This document shows positions 62,960-64,000 of a DNA stretch of 64,000 nt, in pieces (positions within the stretch are counted from its first letter, which is position 1; every line of letters begins with the position of its first letter). A program made the translations under genes and the position numbers. Under the pieces are notes generated by a model that ran no database searches, was not told the origin of the DNA, and worked only from the letters and a program-made list of their open reading frames with translations. The stretch is from Rebecca billardiae RCC1528 (lineage: Eukaryota; Protista; Haptophyta): the NCBI GenBank assembly GCA_965240325.2, contig OZ251222.1:4836001-4900000 (forward strand), in the 5' to 3' direction.

Positions 62960-64000
62960 ATGGCCGATCGACGCAGCCGCGTGGCGATGGCCACGGCGGT
63001 GGCGGTCGCCGCGGCGGCGCTCGTGCCGTGCGCGCTGGCGAAGCGCGAGCCGTTCCAGATGATCGACGCGAAGGCGTCCGTCGTGGGCGGCACCGCCGAC
63101 TACGTCGCCGACGCCATGTCCAAGCTGAGCGACGGGCGGCAGGTGGCGGTGGTCGCGGCGCTCGGCCCGCGGCGCGTGGGCAAGGCGGCGCTGCTCAGCC
63201 AGCTGTTCGGCACAAAGTTCGACGACGCGTCGACGGAGGGCGTGTGGATCGCGCCCGCCTCGACCAACAAGGACGTCCTCGTCCTCAACCCCGTCCCCGC
63301 CGACGCGCCCGACTCGGAGCTGACGCCGAAGCGGCTCGCGACGCTGTGCGCGTCGCTCGCGGACGTGCTGATCGTGAACGCGTGGCACACGAGCAGCAGG
63401 CGGCCGACGAGCGCGACAGTGGACACGCTGGCGGGCCTCTTCACAGAGGCGCTCCGCCAGGCCGCCGACGGCGGCGGCGCGCAGCGCACGCGCGTGCTGA
63501 TCGCGCTGCACGGCGGGCCCGCGGACGCGGACAGCGGCGCCGCCGAGGGTGCGCTGCAGCGGCAGGTCGGCGCGATCTGGGCGAGCGTGCCCAAGCCGCC
63601 CGCGCTCGAGGGCGCGCAGCTCTCGTCGCTCTTCGACGTCGAGTACGCCTACCTCCCGCACTACCGCGCGGCCTCGGCGCAGTTCAAGGAGGCGGTGCGC
63701 GCGCCGCGCGCGCCGCGCGCGCCGCGCGCGCGCCGTCGCGCGCGCTGAGCGCCGCGCGCCGCGCGCCGCCACTCGCAGGCGTCCAAGCTGAAGGCGCGCT
63801 TCGCCCCCGACGCGGCCGAGACGGACGGCGCGCTGCTCCGCGCCGAGTACTCCAAGGCGATCGACGCGGACAACCTGTGCGTGCTCGCCGAGCAGCTGTG
63901 GGCGGACGCGTGCGCGGACGCGGACGACGACGGCGTGGGCGTCACGCGCGAGCAGCTGGGCGCGTGCTACGCGGCGAGCGCCGCGCTGTTCGAGGGGACG
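62960..64000 (+). CDS. SEY1/RHD3-like GTPase-fold protein with signal peptide and degenerate G motifs (3' partial); exon 1 62960-63694, exon 2 from 63779
   Basis: VAVVAALGPRRVGKAALLSQLFGTKF, TEGVW, ADVLIVNAW, IWASVPKP, FDVEYAYLPHY; intron 63695-63778. Confidence 0.75.

Noticed and set aside
62726-63772. Long N-terminal extension of HPRT (590-aa ORF)
   Set aside because: It is the antisense frame of the SEY1-like gene

Overview
Very GC-rich eukaryotic nuclear DNA with short GC-rich spliceosomal introns. The red-lineage LHC with a bipartite presequence, the radial-spoke gene and the base composition point to a flagellate alga with a secondary plastid, probably a haptophyte such as Pavlovales (inference only). 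I can model 16 protein-coding genes: an LHC antenna protein, a Gfo/Idh/MocA oxidoreductase, a secreted Cys-rich protein, a ~3,380-aa chromodomain/HTH/KOW protein, a 59-aa micropeptide, an arginyl-tRNA synthetase with an N-terminal Dpy-30/RIIa-like domain, a TBC Rab-GAP, an intronless 5,816-aa extensin-stalked polycystin-1-like receptor, RSPH14, ALG13, a TMEM242-like protein, a DUF4336 protein, an SLC35C2/TPT-like transporter, HPRT, a 3'-partial signal-peptide-bearing SEY1/RHD3-like pseudo-GTPase, and an orphan gene inside a transposon. The intergenic DNA holds six terminal-inverted-repeat elements and a hairpin-ended tandem dimer, none visible in the ORF track. Five of these are packed almost end to end at 51.4-61.6 kb among (TA)n tracts. 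One CAC-ended 3-kb element carries an intact spliced 403-aa orphan gene, and another has a terminus resembling a V(D)J recombination signal. All family assignments come from motifs recognised by eye; no searches were run.
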